In this document: positions 1 through 13,577 of the stretch, piece after piece
Layout of the letters: each line of letters opens with the position of its first letter
Position numbering within the stretch: position 1 is the first letter of the stretch
Source: Lingula anatina
Lineage: Eukaryota > Animalia > Brachiopoda
Assembly (NCBI GenBank): GCA_051362555.1
Contig: CM120640.1
Coordinates: forward strand, 66,132,788-66,196,787
Reading direction: 5' to 3'
Length of the DNA: 64,000 bases
The notes under the pieces: model-generated
What the model was told of the DNA's origin: nothing
Databases searched by the model: none
What the model saw: only the letters and a program-made list of their open reading frames with translations
Position numbers and translations under genes: made by a program

Positions 1-2193
1 ATTATAACTTGCAAAAATTGTTTCAAAGCTCATCTGTTCAAACTTAACTATATTCATTGTTAACCCATCTGTTGGAAGAATGAATCAGCCTCAGTTTATT
101 ACAATACATATAGAGGCTTCATTTCTTTCCGTCACGCAGGCAGCTAAATGACATTTTTCTTTTGTGCAGTGCTGCACTAAAATGGAGTTGTTTTGTTACC
201 CATAAAGACAGGATACGAAAATTACCAGAGAAAAATCACTTTTAAATTATTTAACAGTAATTTTAGTTGTAAAGCACATTTTACTGTTTGGCAATGACGT
301 GATATCACTTGGAAACGACGCGTTCTTTGTTAAACATGACATCCATATGTCGTTTGCTCCTCACATACCTGTAGCAATAACAAAGACACCACAACCATAA
401 AACTGTTGCCTCAGAGACCTACCAAATCTAAATGGCACACGACAGGATCCGTTGAAAAGCTTGATCTCCCCATCTTAAAACCGGCATTCGGTCAAATATC
501 AAGATACACAGTAGGTCTTAGCTTTTTATAGCGAAATCACATTTGATAAGTTTAATACAAAGCAGATCGATGTGTTTTCAATGACGTATTCAGTGTTGTT
601 TTCAAAGAAGCTAGAATTTCCATACTTTTTCTCTTTTTAGGTCATCTCGGGACACTTTATTATTTACCCCCTTTCTTTTCAATCAAAGAGTGAATAAGGG
701 CGATTCGAACAATACCTGTCCTCAGACTTAAAGAGAGAAAGTGGCGGGACACCCTGGATGACAAACACAGTTCTGGTTTTTGAAATAGTTCCAAATTTGG
801 ATGCCAATGCATTTCAAAAACCTGAATAAGTTACGAAACATTCTTTGAGGCTAGTTATACCATCTGTATTATTTTAAGGAGACAAGAGGAATTTCCATCT
901 GGTTCCAAGTATAGACGATTTACCAATACGTACGTATTGCGAGGGAAGCACGATCTGTTTAACATACACATTACATACCCCGTTTTGGCAACTTTACTAC
1001 TGTGCAATGTGCCAATTTGGATGTCAGCCACATCACCTCAGTTGGTATTTTCTAAAAGCAGATGATGCACCGTCATAGTGACCCTTGGTGACACATTAAG
1101 TTTTCCACAGTGCTGTCATGCATGCATTAATTATGATAGAGCCCACCGTAACTCAAACACCAAATACGTGATATGGGAGCTTGAGGGTTCGACAATAGTT
1201 GGAGATTTAGGCAATCGGATGCTGGCAGTTGGTCGCAGACTGCTTTTTAAGCCTTTTTCATTACATGTAATGAATTAACAACCGTCTAGTCTATTTGAAA
1301 TCATGTAATAATTAAAGGTATATCGATGTAAGCACCTGTAAGGAATGTCAATTGAAGTACTTTGAAATTTAAATAAGTTAGTTATAAGTCGGTTCTCAAG
1401 AGGAGAAAAGAGAGAGGAGAGGCCCAAAGAGGAGGGGTCAAAAGGTGAGTGTCCACTGCCAGCCACCGAGTACCTGCTTCTCGTGACAAGTTTAATAGTT
1501 GGTCAATTTGTCTGCATTTGTCTCATGAGAATTGGCAGCTACTTGTAATTTTGGTCGCCCAAGGGAATACTGTTACCGTTTGCCATCTCTAAACATAGAA
1601 AGTCCTACCGGCACCAATACCCTTTATGGAATACAGAATTACAAAGGATGTGGTTGAACTCGTGAAATAGCTGGGCCCAAAACGGGTAAAAGCTTTATTA
1701 CAATGGCCAATTTATCCATCGGAAGACTGTTTGTAAAACGTTCTCAGTCTTTCCCCATTTAAATACCTTATTTGGTACCAGGATCTAAAACAACGCCAAC
1801 TTAAGATTGAGTATATCTGTCCATTAGATCTGTAATTAAATAACCATGGTCTCTGGCCCATTGAATGTCGTGGCCTACTTCTCTAACATACCTCATTTCA
1901 TATAACATCTGTCGACTGTTACTTTATATGCAATTAACGAAATAACGAGCAAGAGTATGTTTCCCAAGCTACAAACAATAATTAAAAGGGGAAACAAGGT
2001 CAAGGTAATCAGCGATTAAGTCGCTGGTCGTCTGGCCTAACTAAAACAAAAATGACATTTTGAAATTATGATGTTAGATATGCTTCCTGTCATTGACACG
2101 AAATACACTGTTGGTGCTTACACCATATTAAAAAAGGCTCTCAAATGAGTTTGTCTCGTCGTGCGTTGGATTGTAACATACACGAACACACCG

Positions 2194-2244
2194 ACACACA
2201 CGCACGCACACACACACACACGCACACACACACACACACACACA
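2194..2244. repeat. (CA)n microsatellite
   Basis: Imperfect CA run. Confidence 0.9.
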
Positions 2245-4279
2245 GAGGAATTATGAGCGCTAACAAATGCACAGCAACAGCTGATTCATCATGGAAAAAT
2301 GTAGGCATGCCATGTACAATAATAGGTCAGCTCCCACATTCAACACAGTGACATTGCCAAGACAAAGCACTCACGAGGCGTGGCGTAATATTGATTATGA
2401 AAAACCTTTACCTCTCTATTTCTAAATCGTATCGCATACGTGATATTCGTCTTAAGAAAACATTTAGTTTTCAAATCTCACATCTCACGTGCCCTCCTCA
2501 CGTCCTCGTTTGATGTAGAGTTTAATTGAAAAGTTTAAATATCCCATACCACACCTACGCAAGAATTTCACCATGTTATATTTGATCGTGAATTAACCAA
2601 AACCCAATCAATAATACTATTTTGTACAGGCCCTATCGTATTGATTTATAAGTGTAGACCACATCATTTATACTGTGGCCCAATATTGCACAAGGAAGAT
2701 GCGGGCATGAAAACATTTAGATTTGATCCTTTTCAATATGCATAGTAGGCCTTGATTACTTTATGAATTATGCACGACATTTGGAGATTACAAAGCAGTA
2801 TTTTTTTTCAGTTACAACTGGAGGGATTGGTTAGGTTTTTTTATAATTCCAAACAAATGAACAGTCATCAACCTTTCCAGAAGTAATAACGGCTTCTAAA
2901 ATGCGACTAATAAAGCACACATGATGGTCTAGTTATGTATAAAAAAAGGTTGTGCAGCATGACGCATAGCATGAAATCTGAAGCAAGAGATAGCTAGAGC
3001 GCCTGGTGACTTTTAATGATCGTTACTTGAATGATTAATGGTTATTACTATATCTGGACTTTGCTTTTATTTCATACCAAAATACGGGTCAGTTTTCTTT
3101 CCCAGATTTAGCAATGGGGTATTTATTACAGACGAGAACCACTGAAACGACAAATCCCAAAAGAAATTTTGAACAGGTTGTCCATTCGAGATTTAGAAAA
3201 ACGAAATGAAGCCCCATCACAAGTGAGATAAAAATCTGTCATAGCCAAGAGTATATTATATATATCTGTGGCTGATGGGTAACACAGCATGCATTTCAGG
3301 TTATTACCCATGTCCAGAAGGCGCATCGCTCGTGTAAAAGAAATGACATCTAAAGGGCTGTGCTGCATAGCCATAAGCCGTGCTAATAATATGCATATTT
3401 GAGGGCTGTTTTCCTGTACTGGTAGGGCACATTAGAGCTGTGATGGATAGCGTGGTTGGGAAGAGCTATAACAAACACGTGATAAATAGGAGACGCATGT
3501 TACCCATCCCCTGTAGATGCTACCTCCAGATAACCGCCCTGTGTTCTACATATCTTGTCATCAAGGTGGAAATGGAAGGCTGGGCACAACACTTGTGGAA
3601 CAATGTGGGAATCAAGTCTGCTACTGTGCTGGAGCATATCACCAGATTAGTGCGTTATCGTTTTTAACACACAACCACAAGGTGTCAACTTTTTGTGTGA
3701 GAAACCCTACAGCAGCATGGCTGTCATTATTGGAATGTAGGCTGGCATATAATTTGGAGTGATCATACTTCTAAAGAACCAAGGGAGAATGGTCGGTCCC
3801 ATTGCGAAGTGCTACCGGTATTAGTTCACCTAAAGGGGATGCCGTTATGCACCTTTCACCAAATCGATAGAGTTATGCGCACAATAAACAAGACCAATAC
3901 AAAAGATAAACATTACCATTGTTATTCAGTCTTAACCAGAACGAGGTTTCTTCAACTTCAAACTCAGCGCGCTTCTTTCCATTCAGTCGGGCCCCCATTT
4001 TAACCTAATGACCCATATTTATTCTCTTGAATTTTTAATTCCTAAAAACATTATGATTTTTTTTTAATTTAGATTCTGTGTCAAAGATATTTGACAAAGG
4101 ATTATTTAGTCAACAACTTTTACGCCAAAAGATCTTTCTATCAAAGCATTTCACACTTATTAAGATAAAATACCGACCCTGTCGTGATTTCAGATATAAG
4201 AAAATGGGGAGAGGGCGATACTGGACAGCAATTAGTAGATCTGATAAGATAATACAGACAAATAAAGGAGCAACGTTAC

Positions 4280-4888
4280 CACGTAGGCTGGGTACTGATG
4301 TGCCCCGTGTGGCATCTTGCCTCCCTTTTGGTACTGGGCCTGGGTATTAAGCGCCCCTCGGATATGTAGCGCATTGGCATCTATATGTCCCGCCGTAGCG
4401 CCTTGGTGAATCTGTTCGTTCACTCTTCCTCCAGCCTTTGGAGCGTGTAGAGCCCCCTTGATTGCCAAAGACTGGGCATCGATCAGGGGGGCCTGTCCGA
4501 TGTTCCCCTTTTTGCCCAAATCACTTTGCATTTTCTGTTGGGCCAGAGCGCCTCTGATCCCAATGGCTTCATTTCCCAACCCCTTGGCCACGGTTTTCGG
4601 GGCGTGGACCTGACAGTAGACATTCTTGTCGCTGACATCCACTTGGTTGGTGGTGTAGTTCTTCAGTGTAAGATGCTGGCCACACTGATTACAGCGAAAG
4701 CATTGTTTGTGAAACACCACTCCTTTCACTGGGCCGATTTTCTCGGCTTGGTATACGGTCGCTTCACACCTGTGACATTTCTGTAAATTTGACGGCGACT
4801 CAAACAAGGACGCCAGACGCGACTTTCCTCTCTGTTCAGAAGGAGAGAGAGAATGTTGTCCATTACTGCTGCCTTCTGTGGTCGCCAT
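4280..4888 (-). CDS. Hillarin-like LIM-domain protein, first coding exon (rest of gene runs off the left edge of the window)
   Basis: ATG at 4888. LIM zinc finger CHRC...FHKQCFRCNQC...VYCQVH, followed by repeated 'AIGIRGAL/SLAIKGAL/ALHIRGAL' segments and 'VNEQI', as in hillarin N-termini. Phase-0 donor GTG|gtaacg at 4280/4279. No further exon recognised in 1-4279. Confidence 0.85.
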
Positions 4889-6890
4889 GTTGCATATTTG
4901 CTACAATAACCCCTCAAGTGGTCGGACGTGTCCACGCCTCAGTGGGTCTACTCCATACACCCCGCTCGTGATTCATTCACTTTTGGTTAACCTCTCACTG
5001 TCTCTTCGTCTTATTTCAACCTCAAGAAGGATACTTTTTTCACAGATTCAATCTCATATGGCTGTGCACTTTAGCGTTAAGATGACACACTTCAAACGAC
5101 TTTCACTCACTGCACAAGGTAGAGTCATTTGTGTGTTGAATAAGCAATGAACACACCTGGATGAGTTTATTATGCTAAACGGGGGTGGAAGGTATGCTCA
5201 GGTGTGTCTTTCCTTCTTGGACAGTGATGCGCGCCTGCAGGTCATGAAAAGGTGCATAAATTAATTATCATCGGTAAACGAGAAGTAAAACTAAAAACAT
5301 TCGAAGAAAACACCTGTAGCACGCAGGTTAATGAAGTCGACGTACTTAACCACACCCAGATCGGGGAGCTGATCACGGGCCCTCTTTGACCCGCCCTTCT
5401 GTTTACCGAACACACAAAAACGATGAGTCCCCCACCGTATTTACATTATATCCAACCAAATTCTGAGCTGACGATAAGAATGTGGAAATGTTCGGGCCGG
5501 GCGTGCGCCGGACTAGGGACGTGCGCTGTATTAAGGAAGTTTATCGGGGGGTAATATCCCATTGATTGGCTGATCATATAGGATCGATCGGCCTCTCGGG
5601 GTGTGGGACCAATCCACACGTGGACAGAGTGTGACCCTGCTCTGGCACAGCGATAGGATCGAGGTTTTTAGGGTGTGGCGGCTTTGGGTTTGATATCTAT
5701 TCAGATTACTGTAGAGGATAGAATAAGCTTCATTACAAAACACTTATATTACGGACCTATAATCATATAACCACTAGATTTTGCTAACTTTATATTCTTT
5801 GGTGGTTACCTTGATGATTTTTTACTGTGTCAACTGTGAGTGATTTCGATTTACAGGTCTATTTTCAAGTTTCGTTTTATCATTCATTATGTTTGTCGTC
5901 TATTCTCTAAGTTCCCCACTTTTGTAATACTTATTTATTCTTATTGGTGCGAGACAAATGTGACGCTGTCATTCGACTGAAAAAGTCTATTTCGGGTATG
6001 ATGTACATCCAAAGCTATCTCAGTTCATTAGCATTTTTCAAATTCTGCCTTGACAATCCGCAAACAAAAACCCTATTTTAGTCTTCAGAGTGTAGGCTGT
6101 CTTGTCACAATGATTCTAAAGTTTCTAAACAAAGTCAACAAATATGGGAACCTCTCCAAATCGCTGTGAGATTTAGTTCAAGGTGTTTCTCACGCGTATA
6201 TTTAACATATGCGGTGAACCCGGCTACCAGCATAACGTGTACGGTGTCACTCTTCACACGATCACGTACTGGTATATAACAAGTGGTGTATTCATTCAGG
6301 AAGCAAATAAAAAAGATGTTTTTTTCATACGCGCTCAGGTTGCTATTAAGAACGAAGTCACATTGGATACATAGACGGAAAAGTCGAAAAAGTAATTTAG
6401 AAAGGGAAGCGCCCACCCTGTTTTGGCTGAATGTGGTCTCACCATTACATTCCGCCAGTATTAACTTAATGGTGCATGAGCGCCTTTCTAATTTAGTAAC
6501 ATGTGTAATAAGATGGATGCATCTTGAACACAGTGCACATCTCATAATTAATTTAACGATAATTCTGCAATTTCATTTATCTAAAGGACTCAGCCACAAC
6601 AAAATGAAAATGCATAGAAATTAATTTGAGATTAACGAAAGACAAACAAACAGACCTTATAGCTTTCCCTGACTCGTTGTTTTGAACTCGGTTTTGTATT
6701 CATTCATTCATTCATTCATTCATTTATTTATATATTGCTTCAAACATAAAATGCCCCAAACAAGTTTCGAAGTACTTTGTCGTCATTACAACTGCTGAGC
6801 AGGTCGGCAAGACTTTACTACTCCTGTTATTTTTTATCAAAATGCACTGAAAATAAAGAGATAAATTAGGTTATAAAACTTTTCTCCATT

Positions 6891-7290
6891 TTTTGTCAGT
6901 TCATTTACTTGCACGCAGAAAATGTAGGAGTTTTTGACGAATCATATAGGCTAAACAAAACCCTCCGCGCCATCAAAGCGTCCTTTGAAGAATTCCCGGA
7001 ATGTCTTTATCAGATTTTTATCTTCGGCTATAAAATATGTCCCAATTTTGTCAGTTCATATACTCATACACAGAAAATATAGGAGTTTTGGACGAATCAT
7101 GTTAACGGAACGCTCCGTGAGACAAAAACTTTCTTCAAAGAATCCCCATGTTGTCTTTATCAGATTTTTATCTTCCGCTGTAAAATATGTCTCCGTTTTT
7201 GTCAGCTCATACACTCGCACGCAGAAAATTTTGGAGTCTTGGACGAATCATTTGAATAAAACTCTTCGTGGGACCAAGGCGTTCTTCTAA
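6891..7290. repeat. Diverged tandem repeat, ~150-155 bp unit, ~2.6 copies
   Basis: ttttgtcag.tcat..act...acgcagaaaat..aggag...t.gacgaatcat recurs at ~6892, 7047 and 7197. tgtctttatcagatttttatcttc recurs at ~7002 and 7152. Confidence 0.8.
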
Positions 7291-8673
7291 GCAACACGTG
7301 TTGAGCGTGCATCACTCCGACCCTCACCCACGCCGGAACAGCATACCCATTGTTCTTCTGTGTAACCCAAACGATATTTTGTCTTTGTACAAACTTTATG
7401 CTAATTTTCAGCTTCGCAAAATAAAGTGCATGTGAATTTTAGCGAATGTGTAAGTGGTGTTAGTTGTATTTTAAAACAATTACATTTTTAATACGAACGC
7501 TCTGCCTTTAGTCAGATTGCCTCGGGCATACATGAAGATAAAACACATATTGACCACAAAAATCGCTTGCTTTGCTTTTATCGTTGCCTGAAGCCTGAAT
7601 TACACTCTTTATTTCCGATAAACATATATAACAGCCATATTGAGCATACTCAAGTTCTTTACAATATATTTTAGTTGTTATTTTTTTTTTTCAGACAAAA
7701 TATCCAAAGAGCTTTCAAGGTGGACTTTGAGTTATCTTAGCGGCTTTTCAGTATATTTATAAAGACGATGGGATAAATATATAATGCCGTTGGTCGATAT
7801 TTCTTTAAGTCAGGGCGATTATAAGTCAGATATGTGGTGATTTATTTAGGGAGTATTTTCAGCCCAGAAGTCATCCACGCCTCATGTGTTGAACACAATG
7901 TCAAACAGGGGCAGGGTTTTTGTGACCTTTTCTCCAGAGAGGCAGTTCACTCGAGGTAGAGGGTCAAGTCGGCAAATAGATAATTGGAAAAATCCTTCAG
8001 TGCAGCCATGTAACTCACTTCGTCATATAAATTAACATTTTTGTGTAGGGAACATGCCCTTCTAATAAAGCACCGAACCATGTTTTTTGCTCAAGGATAA
8101 AACAATGTTTGCCAAAGGCAATAGGAGCCTAGAGAACTGAAATTTTACCTTCAACCATATTAATGTGGTATTCATAAGTTGCCTTATCACGTTGTGTTAA
8201 ACATTTCACACTTTCCCGGATGCATATATTATGATTACCATCTTTGTACAGGTGAAACTTTATGAATGTGACATTAGAGCTTGATGTGACAGCTAGGTAT
8301 TTCGACATAATTGTGGTTCGCTTTTAACGGAAACTTTCTTAAAATCAAATTAAATCTTGCGGTTTCAAGAATATTTTCAGAATATTTTCCTTCTGACATG
8401 TCAAATTTCATCAGCTTATTTTTTCGTTTTGATTTAAAAGCACATCATCGCTCAATGGTAATAAGTACCATTTACGTCAGTTTTGTTGGCACATCCTACT
8501 CAGATTTGCTCCGATTGGTTTAGATGTGTTTGGACGAACACACTTCTTATCCAAGTAATCTCATCTAACACAGCCAAGGTATCGTGCCCCATGTTAACGG
8601 CACAATCCTTCACGGCAGTCTCGCACCCAGAGGTTGGGAAGTGACGAAGCAAACCACAGCTGCAGTGGGTGTA

Positions 8674-8820
8674 CCCTCTACCAGGGTTACAGATTAATAA
8701 AATAAAATTTCCATGAAATTTCCGTAGCGCCACACACGCAGCAGATATATGTCATGAATTAGCCAGAGACACATCAGTGAATAGAGAGTGGAAAAATCAA
8801 TCTGTGACACTGGTAGAGGG
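8674..8820. mobile_element. MITE, 147 bp, TA target-site duplication (Tc1/mariner-type)
   Basis: TIR ccctctaccagggttacagatt / aatctgtgacactggtagaggg (20 of 22 matches), flanked by TA on both sides. Confidence 0.7.
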
Positions 8821-9342
8821 TACTGGGAGCAATCTTGGCCACTCTGCTGGGTCAGCCTCATCATTAAAATGACAAGTGTCCCTCTTCTACATCCACCAAG
8901 CGTGGTCATGTAAGGTACATGTACATTACTGGTGAGTAAACGTACCTAGTCACCCAGTTGCATTACAATCAAGAATAAACACGTGTAATTTACGTGGTAA
9001 AATTCCTAGACATACGACAAAAAAAAAAAAAAAAACCGCTGTGACCCGTCCTGGTTATTACCCAGTGAAAAGTCTCAGGACGAGACGGCAATGTAGCTTG
9101 TCGATAAATTTTACAATGCAAGTTCTAGAGTTTAAACTTTATACACGTGCATTCTTGATATGGGTCATATAATTGTTGTTACACTTTGTTATCAATAAAT
9201 GTTTGCTTTTAGTGTCAGACGCTGATAGTCATATCACAGTCCACAAGCTGTGTAACAGGTATAAGGCATTCAGACGTCCATTCATCGCCACGTGCTTAGA
9301 ATAAGATTGATATAACTTGGCGCAGAAAAGCGTATCTTTATT

Positions 9343-11810
9343 ATGGCAAGACATTTCCAAATCTGCCTCCTTCTCTTGGCTTGTCTTGTAGCAGGAGGTA
9401 AGGCTGAGATTTTAATTGAGTTAAAACTCAATACACAGACAACTGGGATATGTAATGTGTTGTATTCGAAGTAGACGGGATCAATGGTATTGGTAAAAAA
9501 CATTTGAGGAAGAGTCACTTCCGCAAGTCATTGATACTTTTACAGCTAGGTGTTACTGGTGTGTTCAGCAGCAAGTTTAAACGGATGTTCAGAATATTAG
9601 TGAAACTTTGATAAAATTTGTGTCCTGAAAGGATGCCCATTTAAGAGCTCTATAGACAACAGCCTCTTGGGATTTCTGGTGAAGTCCATGTGATCTTTCT
9701 TATAACGCCCATTAAGTTCTATCGTTATGAATTTTTTTGTTAAACTGACAAAATCATTATTTATCATCGTGTATTTCAGACAAAAAAGTCCAGGTTATAA
9801 GAGTCATTGCTTTTATATTTCAAAATGATGTTAAAGTGTGTTGAAATCAAAAGCTTTTAGTCTCGTTTTACTTTTATAAAAGTGACAAAAAGACATTATT
9901 TTGAAAGGAAATGAACTCCTCAACTCCGAACTCTGGAGAAATAAAAATGTTTAAGAAACAAGTAAAAAAAAGCCTTATATTCGTTATAGTTTTCTCGGCA
10001 CCCCGCTACACAGGGCGGGTCACCCCTATTGAGGCCGGGACCCGGTATGTTACCCGCGAGCTCCAGGCACCTGTGCCGGGCGGGAAGGGGTCCTACATCG
10101 CTAGTCTGTGTAATTCATTTGCCGGGAAAGATGTCGTGGTCAGCATAGTGTTGGAGAGAAACCCGTGGTGGACTGTGGCCCTCGGTGTGGTCAACTTTAC
10201 TGTGACGGCTGCTCCAGTGTCAGGCTCTGTGGGTTTTTTCCCCCAAATTTTCATTTTCTCTTCAAAGTCAAATATTTTTATCAGACATTTCAAATTAAAA
10301 TATATTTAGCTGACTTTTTGTAATTTGTATTGGTAGAAATGTTTAGATTGCAATTGCATATACGTAACTGAACAGCATTACTGATGTTTTTCCTAATTTT
10401 ATTACTGTTATTTTTAACGTTTTTGCAATATATTTCTTTCAATTTGTCCAATGCAAAAAAAATTATTAAACGCGTAATTCCCAACGTTTCTTCTAGCTGG
10501 AAGCGACGGTATTATGCCAGAACTGGCCGGCTGACCAACCCAACCCTTCTCCTAACTGCACTGTCAAAGGCTGGAACGCCTCAAGCGACCTCTATCTGAA
10601 CACTATTGCGTCAAATGTCGGGGATGTTTCATTCTCCGCTATTGTCGACTTTGCCACGCCCGAAGAGTCTGCTAAGGTTGGTTATCCCCCCCCCCCCATT
10701 CTTGATTGTTTATGATGACATTATGGTTTGAATACATTGCTAAGATTTCCCTTTATTAAAGGTACTCTAAACGGTTTTTACCCGGAAAAATGAATTTTCT
10801 TTGCTAAAAGGGAAAATTTTCTGCTCACGAATCATTACTCGGCCCGTCCCTGCACTTGGGGTGCATTCCCAGAGATTAAGATCGATCCAGAGATTTAGAT
10901 TTAGATCGACCTAACTCCATGGGGGTTCACGCTAAATTGCAGTCAGCCGAGCGCGCGCCATAGTTAATTACCTCCTTACAGCTTTTAATAGGCGGGACAG
11001 ACGCTTAAGCCGGCTAAGCTGACAGTAATCTAGTGAGATTCCCCCAGGGATAGATCAATCTAAAATTTATGGGAATGGGGTCTTGGATTCGGTGATCTAT
11101 TCAATTTGTTATTCAATGGCTTAGTTCTAAATGAACACCGTGTCTTCCTGCACATTTCCAAAAGAACGTCAGGTCTGAGTTGTGTTTAGAATTGTCCAGC
11201 AAACTGAATGCTTAACTTGTCTGGAGAGATGCGACATAATTGAAATTTGTTGATGAGATTCACCCTTTTCAATGTAGCGGTAATGTGCTACACCATACTT
11301 TCGTGTGAAAGCATTCATTCTTTTACATTCTTTCAGGTGTTCACTTACACTCCGAAGACTGTCAACCTTAAGGAGCACCTGGCAGCAGGACCCGTGTACC
11401 TTGACCAAGTGGTTCACCTGGCGGTCCCTTTCAAAGTGATCTACGGCCAGTCTCTCACCCTCGAAGTCACCTTCTGCCCCAATACCCAGACCACCAATAA
11501 ATACCATATAGACAGTACGGTGTTTGGGATGGGCAGCGACGACTCCTTCGCCCAGTACGTGTGCAAAATGATCCCGTGTGATGACCATCAGGATGTTATT
11601 GCCAGCAATCCATACCAGCTGCCCCTGAACAGTGTCTCAGTGTCCACTACCACTGGGGATTTGACCACTCTGTATGTGACCGTAGTTGGCTGGGGAGGGG
11701 AGTATGATGACAGCGTGCACACATATGTGGGCTCATTTATGTACGGTGCGACGTTGGCAGTTCAACCAACAAACGTCCTTGAAAGGAAATTGAAATACAT
11801 CCCATATTAG
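9343..11810 (+). CDS. Uncharacterised secreted protein, ~315 aa, two related beta-rich Cys-containing domains; exons 9343-9397, 9990-10228, 10497-10676, 11337-11810
   Basis: Signal peptide MARHFQICLLLLACLVAGVFSA. All introns GT..AG with matching phases (1,0,0). Spliced length 948 nt with no internal stop. Exons are GC-richer than flanks. Ends ...RKLKYIPY*. Confidence 0.85.
10859..11082. mobile_element. MITE, PIF/Harbinger-like, family shared with 43169-43450
   Basis: Imperfect TIR ggg.tgcattccca / tgggaatggggtc, TTG on both flanks. Internal cgctaaattgc..tcag also present in the 43.2-kb copy. Confidence 0.6.
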
Positions 11811-11962
11811 TCATGGACAGTTCCTCTCTACAACTTAAGGCACAAACAAGTTTTAGCTACTTTCACCACACTACATATTAGTATCTTTGATGAGAAGGAA
11901 CAATCTGAGTAAAACAGTATTAAAATAAAAATGGTTTTTGGTATATTGATTTAATAGACTAA

Positions 11963-12184
11963 AGCCCCCTTTACACTGGACGGCGTCCTTTCTGCGTCCA
12001 GCAGTACGGCCCCGTTTGAGAGTGAAAAAATAATAATACTTTACGTGCCAACAACTGGCCGATCATTGAGCATTCATTCTGCTACAAAGTCAATGCTCGT
12101 GCCTCCTTTTTACGACCACGGCGATGCCAATTTCATGGTCGCAGAAAGGAGGCAGAAAGGACGCCGTCCAGTGTAAAGGGGGTA
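11963..12184. mobile_element. MITE, PIF/Harbinger-like, TAA TSD
   Basis: ~31-bp perfect inverted repeat ccccctttacactggacggcgtcctttctgc / gcagaaaggacgccgtccagtgtaaaggggg, with TAA on both sides. Confidence 0.85.
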
Positions 12185-13577
12185 TAACTAAATTTTTAAT
12201 GTGAAAAGCATGCAGATATTGTCTGTTTTTATAAATGTTCCAATTTTTTTCCGTTTATTTTTTGAAGATGGTAAGTGTGACCGACTAAAGTGAAGAAAGC
12301 ATTAAACGCATTAAATTATTTCTAAAGAAAAAATTAATGGGCACTAAAAATGCCAATAAAAAAGTTTATTCTGGAGAGTGAAATTTAATTACAAACTGGC
12401 ATCAGTCACAGTATCCATTGACCAGCAAATTCTACACTTGAAACGGGAAGGTTATCGATAATTATAAAATCCGTTGATCGAACCACTGAGTGTGTGGTAT
12501 TGGTATGGTGTCAATACAGCAGGAGGCCAGAGCCGTCTCCTGGTGTCTAAGTGGTGCTCCAATAGCCTGTGCTGTTGAAGTTGCCGATAGCATTTCATAA
12601 TTTTTAAGTCATTTACAGTATTTTCTGTTATGTTGTGTCCAACATGTGATTAAAATGAATAAATATTGAAGGTAAAGAAAATAGTATTTCCCTTTCTTAA
12701 AAAAGTCCTCTTTGACACCGGCAAAATGCTGATATTCCATGTTGATATTTTAGCAAACCCAGTTATTCCTCTTTCTTATTGAAACCAGTCGGTCTCTATA
12801 ACATAACTGTTATTGGAAAATGAGATAACCACACAAAAATCACGCCTTCTTGCGCTATTTACTGCAATCATCATCGATCAAACAATGCCCTTTGTTCATT
12901 GAGTCGATTTCCCTTTTTGCATTATCCTGGCATCGCGGATATAAGTCCATACAATAGCTGGGAGTGCTGACACAGCAAGATATCAATCAAATAAGTCAAC
13001 CTTTTCCTTTTGATGCCTAGTCGCTTGTACTTATGAGAAATGATAGTTTCCGACACACTTCCCCCATATAGTCTTTTTCTTACGGCTCCGTTGCTTATGT
13101 CGTCCCTTGACAAATACATTTGATTCAGAGATTTAAGATCGGCGTCCTAATGTCTTTGTGCTCATGTGCAATGGATAGGAATTGTTTTAGCAGAAATAAC
13201 ATAAGAGATTGCTGCCACCGGCTTGGAAAAAACGTTTTCACTAAAACATTTCCAGAATAGATAGATACTACCTTACAATATATTGCATTATACTGCACTT
13301 GAAGTACTTCTTCTGGGGATAATCGAAGGTGCTTGACAGAATTTGAGGTAATGATCTGAGGACTGCTCTTAAACCGGGAGGGGATCGATACAGTCGATGA
13401 CATCATATTGCATTTGAACAAGGAATAACCGCATCCATCATCCTGCACAAGCTAGCATTTCTTGGTTTGTCGCCCACACGGACTCTTTTTATTTCAAAGT
13501 TTCGACATCTGTCGTAAATTGCAATAAAGCACGAAGTCAGACATTGGAGTCTGATTGAAAGATTGCGGAACTACAGT

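Noticed and set aside
2145-2351. ORF with HT repeat
   Set aside because: Translation of a (CA)n microsatellite.
3126-3762. Overlapping 80-95 aa ORFs in the hillarin intron
   Set aside because: No recognisable motif and no consistent splice phases linking them to hillarin.
6891-7290. Spaced repeats resembling a CRISPR array; 101-aa ORF
   Set aside because: The whole ~150-bp unit is repeated with divergence, so there are no unique spacers. Eukaryotic context with no cas genes.
11169-11588. Antisense ORFs over real exons (also 4526-4786, 19386-19664, 25813-26064, 61048-61311)
   Set aside because: Shadow ORFs of the genuine coding exons on the opposite strand.
12922-13448. Possible decayed coding sequence or transposase (LKYFFWG-like string on + strand)
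   Set aside because: Many stops in all frames and no TIRs; resemblance too weak to call.
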